Below are positions 8,440 through 17,526 of a stretch of DNA of 31,857 nucleotides, in pieces. The DNA is from a virus (lineage: Duplodnaviria > Caudoviricetes). Under the pieces are notes generated by a model. It was not told the origin of the DNA. It saw nothing but the letters and a program-made list of their open reading frames with translations, and ran no database searches. A program made the translations under genes and the position numbers. The stretch's first letter is position 1, and every line of letters begins with the position of its first letter. Location: the IMG/VR virus record IMGVR_UViG_3300036833_000173, positions 1 through 31,857 of that record, one strand, 5' to 3'.

Positions 8440-8979
8440 ATGCCCTATAATCTCAGCGATCAAGAATATCAGTTCTTGCAGAGCAAGCGGCAAGTCGCTG
8501 ATTTCGTCGAGTCGATTTATAACGACCCGAATCTAACCAAGGAGGCCAAGCGCCTCATCAAGCGAAAATATCCCCAGCTGCAGATCCCCGACCTCGACAT
8601 TGAGGATCGCGTCGAGCGGCGCATTGCCGAGGTCGAACGGGAGCGCAGCCATGCCGAAACCTCCAGGCGCGAGGCCGAGGAGCAGGCGAGCTGGCAGGAC
8701 CGGCGCAAGAAGACCCAGACCAGCTATGGCTTTACCGACGAGGCCATGGAGCGACTTGAGAAGATGATGGTCGAGAAGAACGTCGGCGACTACGACGTGG
8801 CCGCAAGCTATCTGGCGGCCAAGGAGCCGAAGCCCTCAGAGGCAGGTTTCGACACCTATCGCTGGAATCACGAAAAGCAACCGGGATTTGCCGAAATCGC
8901 CAAGGACCCAGAGGGATGGGGTCGGTCGGAGATCCTCAAAGCCATCCAGACCGACCAGGACCGTAGTCGTGGCCGATAA
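8440..8979 (+). CDS. Probable capsid scaffolding protein
   Basis: Charged helical/coiled-coil 179-aa protein immediately upstream of the capsid gene. Confidence 0.6.
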   Translation: MPYNLSDQEYQFLQSKRQVADFVESIYNDPNLTKEAKRLIKRKYPQLQIPDLDIEDRVERRIAEVERERSHAETSRREAEEQASWQDRRKKTQTSYGFTDEAMERLEKMMVEKNVGDYDVAASYLAAKEPKPSEAGFDTYRWNHEKQPGFAEIAKDPEGWGRSEILKAIQTDQDRSRGR

Positions 8980-8997
8980 ACTGTAAGGAGATTTCCC

Positions 8998-10194
8998 TTG
9001 CCAATCCTCGGCGCAGGCATCATCCCAAGTGGTCCGATTGGACTCGAATTGGAAGCTACCGTCAGGCGTGTATTCGCCCAAATGGTGGTTATTCTTTTAT
9101 ATAGACAGAATCCCCTGCTTGCCCTGCTGCTGCGTAACGCCATCCGTGCCTCGGGTGGTGTGTCCCCGTACACACAGCCGGTGCAAACTGGCCAGTATGT
9201 TCAATCCTCCTGGATCGGGCCTGCTGGCCAGTTCGACATTCCGGTCGACGTGGCCGCAACGGTCAACGCGGAGTTCAACCTTTGCGCGCTAGCGACGCCG
9301 GTCACGTCCCTTGGCCTCGAACAGCTCGTGACCCAGGACGCCATTGCGGTGGCGAGCCGTTTGATGCTGAAGCTGAACGATCTGAAGAATTCCGCGCTGT
9401 TTGCGCTGGCGAACGCGCTGTTCGGGCCGCCACAGGGCACGCCGACCGGCAATTTGCTGCAGATGTTCAGCCTCAACGACGCCTATGGCAATGACGCGCT
9501 GTCGCCGGTCTATGGCGGGCTCGACCGCGCCACCTATCCGATGTGGCAGGGCCTCGTGGTCAACACCGCCGGCGCCATCCTGACCCGGCAAGCTTTCATC
9601 CCGTTTATGCTGCAAGCCGTGAAGTATAACGGAGGTGAGGCGCTTGATTTTGTTGTGATGAGCGTGGAAGACTGGACCACGCTGATGACCGACTTCATGT
9701 CAGTCGAGCGTTACAACAACGATCCAAGCTCCCGCTGGGGTAAAGATGATCCTGTTAATAGTGGATTCCGCGGTCTTTTACTTGGCGATACGCCAATATT
9801 CTTCGACCTCAATTGTCCTGTCGGTACTGCATACGGTTTTAACTCAAAGTATATTACTCTAGTCATCCATGAAGACGCCAACTTTGCTTGGACCGGCTGG
9901 TACTCTACTATCCCGCAGGGCCAGATTGCTTCCGTTGGTCTAACTCTTACTGCGCTCAATCTCGTCTGCAGCAAACCGTCTACTGGAATCATCATCAACG
10001 GCATTACCGGCGGCAAGGCGTTCACGCCGCAGGTGCCGTGGCCACTGCCGCCGGCAGGCGTCGCACATCCGCCAGTTGTGACACGGAGTGCGGACGGCAC
10101 GCCGGTTACATCGCAATCCTCAGGAGGCGGTGGCGCACCACCCGCACCATCTCCGCAGTCGTCACCCATGCGCCGCAGCAGAAGGGATGAATGA
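8998..10194 (+). CDS. Major capsid protein (with Pro/Ser-rich C-terminal extension)
   Basis: Strong SD TAAGGAG with TTG start; YGGLDRATYPMWQG and GFRGLLLGDTPIFFD..CP.GTAYGFNSKY motifs typical of HK97-fold podophage capsids; position after scaffold. Confidence 0.85.
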   Translation: MPILGAGIIPSGPIGLELEATVRRVFAQMVVILLYRQNPLLALLLRNAIRASGGVSPYTQPVQTGQYVQSSWIGPAGQFDIPVDVAATVNAEFNLCALATPVTSLGLEQLVTQDAIAVASRLMLKLNDLKNSALFALANALFGPPQGTPTGNLLQMFSLNDAYGNDALSPVYGGLDRATYPMWQGLVVNTAGAILTRQAFIPFMLQAVKYNGGEALDFVVMSVEDWTTLMTDFMSVERYNNDPSSRWGKDDPVNSGFRGLLLGDTPIFFDLNCPVGTAYGFNSKYITLVIHEDANFAWTGWYSTIPQGQIASVGLTLTALNLVCSKPSTGIIINGITGGKAFTPQVPWPLPPAGVAHPPVVTRSADGTPVTSQSSGGGGAPPAPSPQSSPMRRSRRDE

Positions 10195-10424
10195 TGGGTC
10201 AGTGCTGGTGCCCCAGCTGCCGCTGGATGTGGATGGCTCGCTGCGGCCTGGTCCGCATTCCACAAAGTAGGGGTTGGCCGGTGCGGGCCAAGATCGCATT
10301 CTGTCCCAATCCGGTGGCGCCGCTGAGCCCACGCACCCCCTGGAAGTACGAGACGGAAACGCGGGCGCCGGGGACCGGCCTGGTGATGGGGATGATGCCG
10401 TTCGAGTGCGCGAGAACTTGGTGA
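10191..10424 (+). CDS. Hypothetical 77-aa Cys/Trp-containing protein
   Basis: ATGA overlap with the capsid stop; GC-ending codons dominate in this frame. Confidence 0.5.
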   Translation: MMGQCWCPSCRWMWMARCGLVRIPQSRGWPVRAKIAFCPNPVAPLSPRTPWKYETETRAPGTGLVMGMMPFECARTW

Positions 10425-10447
10425 AGCGGGTGTGCTAGAGTGATGGC

Positions 10448-11170
10448 ATGCTTTCCAATTACATCACCGAAGTCCAAAATTTGCTCAATGACAATCAGGG
10501 GCAATTTTTTTCGCTGCCCACACTCACCAACTACATCAACAAGTCCCGACGACGTATTTGCGCAGTGTCAGGCTGCATCCGCGTCGTGCCTCCGGGCGTT
10601 CAGACAGTACCTGGGCAGGAGATCTATCCGTTCGCCCATTGGACCAGCCTCTGCCAAAACGTCTTCCCGCAGGTCGGCTCGATTCTAGCCTGCCGTTCCG
10701 TCTCGATCTCGATCGGAGGGCGTTGGCTGGCCGACGGCACGATTTCCCGCGGTGGTTGGAAGCCGATGTGGAAGCGCGTGGTCTGGAGTGATTTCCAGGC
10801 GCGGTTCAGGATTTACAACGGCACCTTCTACGGCACCATCTCCGAACCCGGCTGGTGGTCACAGCTCAACGAAGGCCCGCTGGCCTCGATCTATCTGGCG
10901 CCGATCCCGAGCCAGGCGCAGCCGATGGAAGTCGACCTGACCTGCATTCCGATGCCGTTACTGACGGACAATGATGCCGAGATCATCCCCTATCCCTGGA
11001 GCGACGCCGTCTCCTACTGGGCCGCGACGCTTTGCTTGATGCAGCAGCAGCGCACCCAGGATGCGGCGGCGATGACCACGACCTTCAACGCTGAATTGCC
11101 GATGTGCGCGTCGGTGGTTTGTCCGCAGATGCTGCAAAACCCGTATGGCGCGGGACTGAGGAGCGCATAA
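10448..11170 (+). CDS. Head-tail adaptor / head completion protein
   Basis: Position after the capsid gene; LTNYINKSRRRI and IYLAPIPS motifs typical of adaptors. Confidence 0.65.
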   Translation: MLSNYITEVQNLLNDNQGQFFSLPTLTNYINKSRRRICAVSGCIRVVPPGVQTVPGQEIYPFAHWTSLCQNVFPQVGSILACRSVSISIGGRWLADGTISRGGWKPMWKRVVWSDFQARFRIYNGTFYGTISEPGWWSQLNEGPLASIYLAPIPSQAQPMEVDLTCIPMPLLTDNDAEIIPYPWSDAVSYWAATLCLMQQQRTQDAAAMTTTFNAELPMCASVVCPQMLQNPYGAGLRSA

Positions 11171-12420
11171 TGGCCGGTCGAGGTTCGCGTCTGCCATCTC
11201 CGAGTCAGCTCGCCATGCTAAGCCAGGGTAACTTCGTGATGTCGCCGACACTCTCCGATTTGGCCGGCCGTGGAGCAATATTCCAGCCGCAAGCAGGAGG
11301 CGGTGGTGCCGGTGCTGGTGCCGGCGGCTTTGGCGGCTTTGGCGGCGTTGCTGGTGGTCCTGGCGTCGGCGCTCCCGGCCCCGCGGGTCCAGGTCCATCC
11401 GGTCCCGGTCCCAGCGCCCCCGGACCATCTGCTCCAACCTCTTCTGAAACCAGTCCTGCTCCTGCGACCCCCGAGAGTCGCACTACCTTTGAAACCGGCG
11501 TCGCTACTGTCGGCCCTCCTATTTATGCTCCCGTCCCATTTCAAGATATAACGGGAGTCGTCCCCTCCTCTCAAAATACAGGCAATCCGTTGTCTCCGGG
11601 CAATGTGCTGACAGGTCAACTTGGCGGCCGAACTGATTATCTAGGCAATTTGATATCAGGGCAGCTTGCCGGCACATTCAATCCATCCCCCGGCCAACGC
11701 TGGGATGCGGCCATTCCCGCCTTGCAGCGAGAATCCGTTGCTCCCGTTCCCTACTTGAACAACCCCTTCACCTTGTCCAACGTGCCGCCGGGTATGCAAT
11801 CACTCAGAGATTTGCAGATGTTCGAAGACCCTACCCTCAACAGGGACCTGCCGTTGTACCCCTTCAATGAGCCAATTGAACCACCTGACCCGGCAATCTT
11901 CGGTGATCCGGCATTCGCGGGGCGCGAGGGGCTTGCGGGGCTTATGGGTGATCCAGCCTTCGGCGATCCGGCTTTCGGTGATCCCGGGCTGGCGGGATTG
12001 GAAGGTGATCCCGGCATTGGCCCTAGCCCCGCAGAGGGATTTGGTGGACTTGGATTTGGTGATCCCGGCATGGGCGTTGCCTATGGCGGTGATCCCGCCG
12101 CTGGATTTGGCGGCATGGGGTTTGGTGCTCCCGCAGGCGATCCCGGCGTCGAGGGTGGTCCTGCCGCTGGATTTGGCGGCATGGGATTCGGCGGTGATCC
12201 CGGTGAATCTGCTGGGCCTGCTGGACCTGACGGTACTTCCGCTGGGCCTGATGGGACAGGTGGTCAGGGTGATGGAACAAGTGGTGGTCCTGGTGGTCCT
12301 GGTGGTCCGGGCGATGCTGGTCCCGGTGAGGCCGGTGAGGCCGGTGAGGCCGGTGAGGGTGGTGAAGGGGGAGGCGGCGGCGGTGGCGGTGGTGGTGAAG
12401 GCGGCGAAGGTGGTGGATGA
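11170..12420 (+). CDS. Gly/Pro-rich low-complexity protein with GDP repeats (416 aa)
   Basis: TAATG coupling; repeated (F/G)GDP(A/G) motifs, GEA repeats and a poly-Gly/Glu tail. Confidence 0.7.
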   Translation: MAGRGSRLPSPSQLAMLSQGNFVMSPTLSDLAGRGAIFQPQAGGGGAGAGAGGFGGFGGVAGGPGVGAPGPAGPGPSGPGPSAPGPSAPTSSETSPAPATPESRTTFETGVATVGPPIYAPVPFQDITGVVPSSQNTGNPLSPGNVLTGQLGGRTDYLGNLISGQLAGTFNPSPGQRWDAAIPALQRESVAPVPYLNNPFTLSNVPPGMQSLRDLQMFEDPTLNRDLPLYPFNEPIEPPDPAIFGDPAFAGREGLAGLMGDPAFGDPAFGDPGLAGLEGDPGIGPSPAEGFGGLGFGDPGMGVAYGGDPAAGFGGMGFGAPAGDPGVEGGPAAGFGGMGFGGDPGESAGPAGPDGTSAGPDGTGGQGDGTSGGPGGPGGPGDAGPGEAGEAGEAGEGGEGGGGGGGGGGEGGEGGG

Positions 12421-13061
12421 TCACGGCAGAGCAGCGCGAGTACGCGCGCAATTTCATCAACCACAACTGCATCGCGCGGGTGCCGCCGGGCAGCAAGCGC
12501 TTGCCGTCCTATAAGGCGCAGGGCACCGGCTACTACACTTGGCAGTTCTATCTGCGCGCGGCATTGTTCAATCCCATCATTCTCAGCATCGTTGTGTTTC
12601 ATTTCCTGGATTTGTACGAGGATACGGTCAAAAGCGGCGAGGTGCAGCTTTGCGGCGTGGAGAGTGCATCAACGCCGATCCTGACCGGCATCATGCTGGA
12701 ATGCTGCCGTCGTGGTTATGCCGCCCATGTCTTCTCGATCCGCAAGGAGCGCAAGGCATACGGTCTTGAGAACTGGATCGAGGGTAGGGTGTTGGACCGA
12801 CCGGCGATGTTGGTCGATGACGTGATCTCTCCTGCTCATAAGACCGCGATCCACGGCGCGCAGATTCTCGCCGATCACAACATCCGCCTCGCGCCCATTG
12901 CCTATGCGGTGTTGTTCAAGGCCAAGGAGCCGGAGCGCGGCATCAAATTGACCGGCATCGACGTCACTGTACGATCACTGTTCGATTTGAACGACTTCAA
13001 CCTGTCGCTGCAATCCTACAAAGAGGCGATAGCCCCCAAACCTGTCTTGCAGGAAACTTGA
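12417..13061 (+). CDS. Orotate phosphoribosyltransferase-like (type I PRTase) protein
   Basis: LCGVESASTPI, flexible loop IRKERKAYG and PRPP-binding MLVDDVIS motif. Confidence 0.8.
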   Translation: MITAEQREYARNFINHNCIARVPPGSKRLPSYKAQGTGYYTWQFYLRAALFNPIILSIVVFHFLDLYEDTVKSGEVQLCGVESASTPILTGIMLECCRRGYAAHVFSIRKERKAYGLENWIEGRVLDRPAMLVDDVISPAHKTAIHGAQILADHNIRLAPIAYAVLFKAKEPERGIKLTGIDVTVRSLFDLNDFNLSLQSYKEAIAPKPVLQET

Positions 13062-13068
13062 ACCTGAA

Positions 13069-14697
13069 ATGGCAACCCAGTCCGACAATGTCCCCGAGAT
13101 CAAAACGCTGCAGCAATGGCAGGGGCTCAACCAGCAGGCGCCGCGCGGCTCGATCGGCGATGAGGAGGAGTGGTGGAACGAAAATCTGTTCGCCATTGGC
13201 CCTGGAAATTTACGTTCATGCTGGGGTCATGGCCCCGCTATCTATACCGCGCCGGCCGGGGTACAGATCTTGCGGATTTTTTTTGGATTCATCGGCAACG
13301 AAACCCCGCAGTTCAGCGCTCCGCCGCCCGGCCGCCTGGGATGGATGTTCTTAAGCAATGGAAATGTCGATCAAGTTGATCTCGATACCCATGTCGTTAC
13401 TCCGGTCGGACAGATCTGGGAGCCCGTGGCTCCTCAATATTGGGCTTCCGCAGTTGTCTGGCGTCCCCAATTTTTCGGTTCTGTTACCGGCGAAAAGGGA
13501 GGGGTACTGTTTGGTAGTCCGCAGGGACTTTACGCCTGGGATGGAAGCATTCTGTCTTCCCCCGGTGAGAACGCCCCCGACTGGCTGACCGACCAGGCCG
13601 AGGACGCGCCCACCGCTCCGCCGACCATCATGCCAGTAGGACTTCCCGGCATCTATTGCATGGAAGTCTACCAGAGCCGTTTGTTCGTCGGCGGCAAGGA
13701 CGTGATCTCATTTTCAGCTCCAAGTAATGGTGCTGACTTCTCTACAACCGACGGTGGTGGGAGCTTCGGATATTTTGGAAATAAATTGACTTATTCGTTC
13801 ATGGATCTCGCGGCATCCTCCGGCTATCTCTATTGTTTCGGCGACAGCACCCTCGACTTGATCGCCAACATCAATCTCTCAGGCGCCGGCACCACCTCAA
13901 GTCCCTTCGTCACCAACTTCACCTACCAGAACATCGACCCGCAAATCGGACAAAGATTTCCGCGGCCGGTTGGACGCATCGGGCGCTACATGCAGACCTT
14001 CACCGGCACCGGGATTTTCGAGACGCAGGGCGGCGAAACCAGGGAGATCGGCGCGCGCGTCACCAACATCTTCAACAGCTTGGACACCAGCCTGTATTTG
14101 CCGACGATGGCGCCCGCGAGCATGTTCGGATTTCGAGTGCTGCTCTGCAATGGCCGCTTCACCGATCCCTGGGGCGTCACCCGCAACTTGTTGTTGATGT
14201 GGCATCCGGTGCGCGGCACCGGGGAATTCTCGGAGTTCTGGTCGATCGCCAGCCAGAACCTGGAGCTGACCAATATCGGCTGCTACGAGCAGGATTCGAT
14301 CATCACGCCCTATGGGACCGACGGCACCAGCCTTTACCAGCTGTTCGCGACGCCCGACCAAAGCTTGCCCAAGCGGCTTTCCACCAAGTTCATTCGCGGC
14401 GAAGGAATTGCGCAATTGAACATCAAGACCTGGAAGCGGATGTTCCTGGAATTCTACGACAATGACGGGCGCGGGGTCAGCTTTACCGGCAAGCTGACCA
14501 CCAATGGCGGCGGCATACCTGGCGGAAGCAAGGATATCGCCTTCGATCTGCCGGCCGGCAAACTCTATGGTTTCGAGCCGCAGCCGCTGGAAAGCGCGGG
14601 GATCGCCGGAGCTGTCGATCTGGAAAGCATTTCGCCCGACTTCACCATCGAAAGACTGCATATCACCAAGGAGGACCGCTCGCTCTGGGGCGCCTGA
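13069..14697 (+). CDS. Tail nozzle / DNA stabilization protein (P22 gp10 / T7 gp12-like)
   Basis: 542-aa beta-rich protein with WQGLN N-terminus and YQSRLFVGG..ISFSAP propeller-like motif; position after the adaptor. Confidence 0.65.
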   Translation: MATQSDNVPEIKTLQQWQGLNQQAPRGSIGDEEEWWNENLFAIGPGNLRSCWGHGPAIYTAPAGVQILRIFFGFIGNETPQFSAPPPGRLGWMFLSNGNVDQVDLDTHVVTPVGQIWEPVAPQYWASAVVWRPQFFGSVTGEKGGVLFGSPQGLYAWDGSILSSPGENAPDWLTDQAEDAPTAPPTIMPVGLPGIYCMEVYQSRLFVGGKDVISFSAPSNGADFSTTDGGGSFGYFGNKLTYSFMDLAASSGYLYCFGDSTLDLIANINLSGAGTTSSPFVTNFTYQNIDPQIGQRFPRPVGRIGRYMQTFTGTGIFETQGGETREIGARVTNIFNSLDTSLYLPTMAPASMFGFRVLLCNGRFTDPWGVTRNLLLMWHPVRGTGEFSEFWSIASQNLELTNIGCYEQDSIITPYGTDGTSLYQLFATPDQSLPKRLSTKFIRGEGIAQLNIKTWKRMFLEFYDNDGRGVSFTGKLTTNGGGIPGGSKDIAFDLPAGKLYGFEPQPLESAGIAGAVDLESISPDFTIERLHITKEDRSLWGA

Positions 14698-14785
14698 TTT
14701 GACGAATTGGCCAAGCAGTGGCATCATCGGCCAAACTCCTATCACACTCGATTCCAGTTCGAGTCAGAAGAGCAAGGAGGATGAC

Positions 14786-14833
14786 ATGGCACGCAGACGC
14801 AGAGTGCGTCGTTCCCGCCGCCGCCGTCGTTAG
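14786..14833 (+). CDS. Protamine-like micro-protein 1 (MARRRRVRRSRRRRR)
   Basis: SD AAGGAGG 5 nt upstream of ATG; 11 of 15 residues are Arg. Confidence 0.65.
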   Translation: MARRRRVRRSRRRRR

Positions 14834-14842
14834 GAGACGGCG

Positions 14843-14920
14843 ATGGCACGCAAAGGGCGAAGAGCCGTCAGGACCCGTGGAGGCCGCAAGCGGTTTCCCA
14901 AGCGGCGACGGAGGCGGTAA
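14843..14920 (+). CDS. Protamine-like micro-protein 2 (MARKGRRAVRTRGGRKRFPKRRRRR)
   Basis: SD AGGAG overlapping the previous stop codon. Confidence 0.65.
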   Translation: MARKGRRAVRTRGGRKRFPKRRRRR

Positions 14921-14988
14921 TGGCCCGCCGTAAACGGCTCAAACAAACCCGCAGAGCAAGACGCATAAGAGCCCGACGGAGGCGTTAG
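14920..14988 (+). CDS. Protamine-like micro-protein 3 (MARRKRLKQTRRARRIRARRRR)
   Basis: TAATG coupling; GGAGG SD lies within the upstream Arg codons. Confidence 0.65.
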   Translation: MARRKRLKQTRRARRIRARRRR

Positions 14989-15140
14989 TGCCCCGTTTCG
15001 GCTCGCGTAATACGCTCAACCTGAAAAGGGCGCTGCAGCCGAAGAAATGGCGGCTGCCGCGATTCACTCCGCGCATGAACGCCTCGCTCAAACGGGGCGC
15101 TCAGCGTTCAGGTCAAATGCGAGCAATGAGAAGATTATGA
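14988..15140 (+). CDS. Basic micro-protein 4 (MPRFGSRNTLNLKRALQPKKWRLPRF..., 50 aa)
   Basis: TAGTG coupling with a GGAGG SD. Confidence 0.55.
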   Translation: MPRFGSRNTLNLKRALQPKKWRLPRFTPRMNASLKRGAQRSGQMRAMRRL

Positions 15141-15150
15141 GGAGGTTGTG

Positions 15151-15294
15151 ATGGCCCGAGGAATTTGGCTCGGCCCGCGCTCCCGCGTCGACCCCGGCGG
15201 CAAGCTGGGACGCTTGAAACGTCCGAGCAGCCGGGTTTTCCGTCAGCGCGGACATCGCCAGGGAGTGGGCAGAGGACGCAGAAGGAGGCTCTAA
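15151..15294 (+). CDS. Basic micro-protein 5 (MARGIWLGPRSR...GRGRRRRL, 47 aa)
   Basis: SD AGGAGG upstream. Confidence 0.65.
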   Translation: MARGIWLGPRSRVDPGGKLGRLKRPSSRVFRQRGHRQGVGRGRRRRL

Positions 15295-15467
15295 TGGCCC
15301 GCGGACGACGACATCACCGGCGGCGGCATCCGAACTTCTTTGGCATGGGTTTCGGAATGGGACGACGGCGACGGCGGCGAGGTGGCAACGGCAACGGTGA
15401 GGAACGCGGGGAGCGTAATGAGGGCCGTGGCATGTCGCGCGGCGGGATGCGCGGTGGACGGCGCTGA
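15294..15467 (+). CDS. Arg/Gly-rich micro-protein 6 (MARGRRHHRRRHPNFFG..., 57 aa)
   Basis: TAATG coupling; AAGGAGG SD. Confidence 0.65.
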   Translation: MARGRRHHRRRHPNFFGMGFGMGRRRRRRGGNGNGEERGERNEGRGMSRGGMRGGRR

Positions 15468-15516
15468 TGAAGCGGGATAAACCACCCGGACGAAGCGGTC
15501 CCACCAGGAGAATGCC

Positions 15517-16032
15517 ATGGTCGGACGACGCCTGGCCCTCCGATTGGGGGCGTTCCGGAAGTCGAAGCCGGCGGAAGACCTCCCATTGTTCGCCCCGCCC
15601 GGGCGGAAGGGCCGGACCCGTCCGCAGCTCCCGGCGCTGAGCGAGGCCAAGCTCCACGCCACCATCGCGGAGTGGCTGGACTGGTTTCTGCTGCCGCCCG
15701 CGCTCTACACCACCTTTCCCGCCGGCTGGGGCAAGCTTTCCAAGGCCACCGGCGCCCGGCTCTACCGCAGCGGGATGAAGGCTGGTATGCCAGACCTTTT
15801 CATTTTTCACCAAAAAACCTGTTTCGGAATCGAGCTGAAGCCGCGCGGGCGCTATCAGTCGGCAGTGCAGCGCGACATGAGCCAGAAGCTGAAGGCAGCC
15901 GGGATCGCCGTCTACATTGCCCACGACGTCGACGAAGTGATGGACATCCTCAAACACCGCAATTGTCCATTGCGATCAGGTTGGGCAAGTCATCATCCTC
16001 GCACACCGCAATTGTTGGAGAAGTCACCATGA
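15517..16032 (+). CDS. VRR-NUC domain (PD-(D/E)xK) nuclease
   Basis: GMKAGMPDLFI...GIELK..GRYQS..Q motif; SD AGGAG. Confidence 0.85.
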   Translation: MVGRRLALRLGAFRKSKPAEDLPLFAPPGRKGRTRPQLPALSEAKLHATIAEWLDWFLLPPALYTTFPAGWGKLSKATGARLYRSGMKAGMPDLFIFHQKTCFGIELKPRGRYQSAVQRDMSQKLKAAGIAVYIAHDVDEVMDILKHRNCPLRSGWASHHPRTPQLLEKSP

Positions 16033-16349
16033 GCCAGGAAAATCAGAGGGAGTGGCCGCAAGTCCGGCGCACTGACGGCACCGAGCGGCGTGGCCCAACC
16101 GGCTTCTATCAGAGCCCTGATGTCGTCCAGCGCAGCAATCGCAACCTGACCGGCCCGTTGCGGCTCGGCACCAGCCCGGGCGTCGGGCCTCGCGGGGCGA
16201 CCATGATCGGCGCGTCGGATCTCGGCATGGACCGCATCAGCCCCAGGGGATTCGACCCCATGGGCACCAGCGATAGCCGCGCCCCGGCGCAGGAGGCCAG
16301 CGAACTCGTCTCGCGCGAGCTGCGGAGGTCGAAGCGGGAGGACCGATGA
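16029..16349 (+). CDS. Hypothetical 106-aa protein
   Basis: ATGA overlap; SD GGAG. Confidence 0.6.
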   Translation: MSQENQREWPQVRRTDGTERRGPTGFYQSPDVVQRSNRNLTGPLRLGTSPGVGPRGATMIGASDLGMDRISPRGFDPMGTSDSRAPAQEASELVSRELRRSKREDR

Positions 16350-16359
16350 GTATTGGTAA

Positions 16360-16797
16360 ATGAGCATCGCTACGCTGCTCAACATTCCCGACCATCCCGC
16401 CGGCCGCAACGCTTTCTCCTTCGAGCATGCGATGGCGCATCGCGAATACATGGCGGTGATGGGCCCGCTGGATCAGTGGACCTTGATGCCCTATTTCATT
16501 GATCCGGCGCAGTACCAATCGCGGCCGGCGACGAAATGGCCGCTCAATCACCAGCAGGCGCATAATGATTTCACGACCTACCTGCCCGCCGACGCGAGCG
16601 CGCTAGTAGCGGGTATTCCGAGCAGCCAGATTCTGCTAGAAAGCGACCTCAACCAACCGGACAGCCGGACATGGTGGACATTCGTCAATCACCAGGAGCA
16701 TTTAACGGCCAACGAGGCAATCCTGCCGATCCCCGACCAGGATCAGCCCCCTCCTTGGTGGGTGCAGCCCCCGAGACGGGCTCTCGTGTTCTGGTAG
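16360..16797 (+). CDS. Hypothetical His-containing 145-aa protein
   Basis: ORF with coding-like codon usage and three HxxxH motifs (HAMAH, HQQAH, HQEH-like). Confidence 0.7.
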   Translation: MSIATLLNIPDHPAGRNAFSFEHAMAHREYMAVMGPLDQWTLMPYFIDPAQYQSRPATKWPLNHQQAHNDFTTYLPADASALVAGIPSSQILLESDLNQPDSRTWWTFVNHQEHLTANEAILPIPDQDQPPPWWVQPPRRALVFW

Positions 16798-17225
16798 AGC
16801 CCTGGCTGCTCACCGAGGAAGACATCCCCTGGTTGTTCCAGCTGGGCCGGAAGAAGTACTCCGCCAAATATGATGCGGTGACCACCGAAGGGTGGTTTCG
16901 CAATATCGTGCTCAAGCAGCCCGTCATGTTCCATCCCGTGCGCATGCCGAATGCGTTTTGCATTTCGATGCTGTCGATCATGCCATGGCTGCCGGCGGAA
17001 GCCGAGTGCAACGTCGTGTTCATTTGTTGCGACGATGGCTGCATGTGGGAGGGCATGAAGCTGCTGCGGGCCTCGATCGCCTGGGGCAAGCTGCGGCGCT
17101 GCGCGATCTGGCGGCTGTCCAGCGACACCGATTACGATCTGCAGGGCATGGCGACACGGCTAGGGGCGAAGGAGATCAGCCCGCGCTTTTGCCTGAGGTA
17201 TGACGATGTCCCAAATATTGGGTAA
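16671..17225 (+). CDS. Probable GNAT-fold virion-assembly protein (start uncertain)
   Basis: EEDIPWL...EGMKLLRASIAWGK.RRC..WRL...RLGAK pattern; position before the ejection genes, as in many podophages. Confidence 0.55.
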   Translation: MVDIRQSPGAFNGQRGNPADPRPGSAPSLVGAAPETGSRVLVEPWLLTEEDIPWLFQLGRKKYSAKYDAVTTEGWFRNIVLKQPVMFHPVRMPNAFCISMLSIMPWLPAEAECNVVFICCDDGCMWEGMKLLRASIAWGKLRRCAIWRLSSDTDYDLQGMATRLGAKEISPRFCLRYDDVPNIG

Positions 17226-17508
17226 CAGCGGCCAGGGCGGCATTTCGCCCGAGCAGCAATCGCTGGCGAATTTCACCTTCGGCCAGAACGCGCTGCAGAA
17301 CGCGCAGTCGTTCTCGTCGATGCCGATGTCGACCGGACACACCATGGCCGATGCCGGGGCCTATATGGGCAAGGCCTTGAACGAGTCGCAGATGTCGATG
17401 GCCGATACCGCGGCGATGCAGAACTTCCAGACCCAGCAGAAGGCCCAGACCAGCCAGCAGATCGGCAATCTCGGTTCATTGCTTGGCGGCGGCGGCCTGT
17501 TCGGCTGA
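17206..17508 (+). CDS. Small ejection/internal virion protein
   Basis: Gln/Gly/Ala/Met-rich; C-terminal GNLGSLLGGGGLFG; SD GAGG. Confidence 0.6.
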   Translation: MSQILGNSGQGGISPEQQSLANFTFGQNALQNAQSFSSMPMSTGHTMADAGAYMGKALNESQMSMADTAAMQNFQTQQKAQTSQQIGNLGSLLGGGGLFG

Positions 17509-17526
17509 TCGAAATGAGGTTTTTTG

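Noticed and set aside
15467-15640. Seventh basic ORF (MKRDKPPGRS...) after the protamine-like cluster
   Set aside because: It overlaps the well-supported VRR-NUC gene extensively, and its SD is weak.
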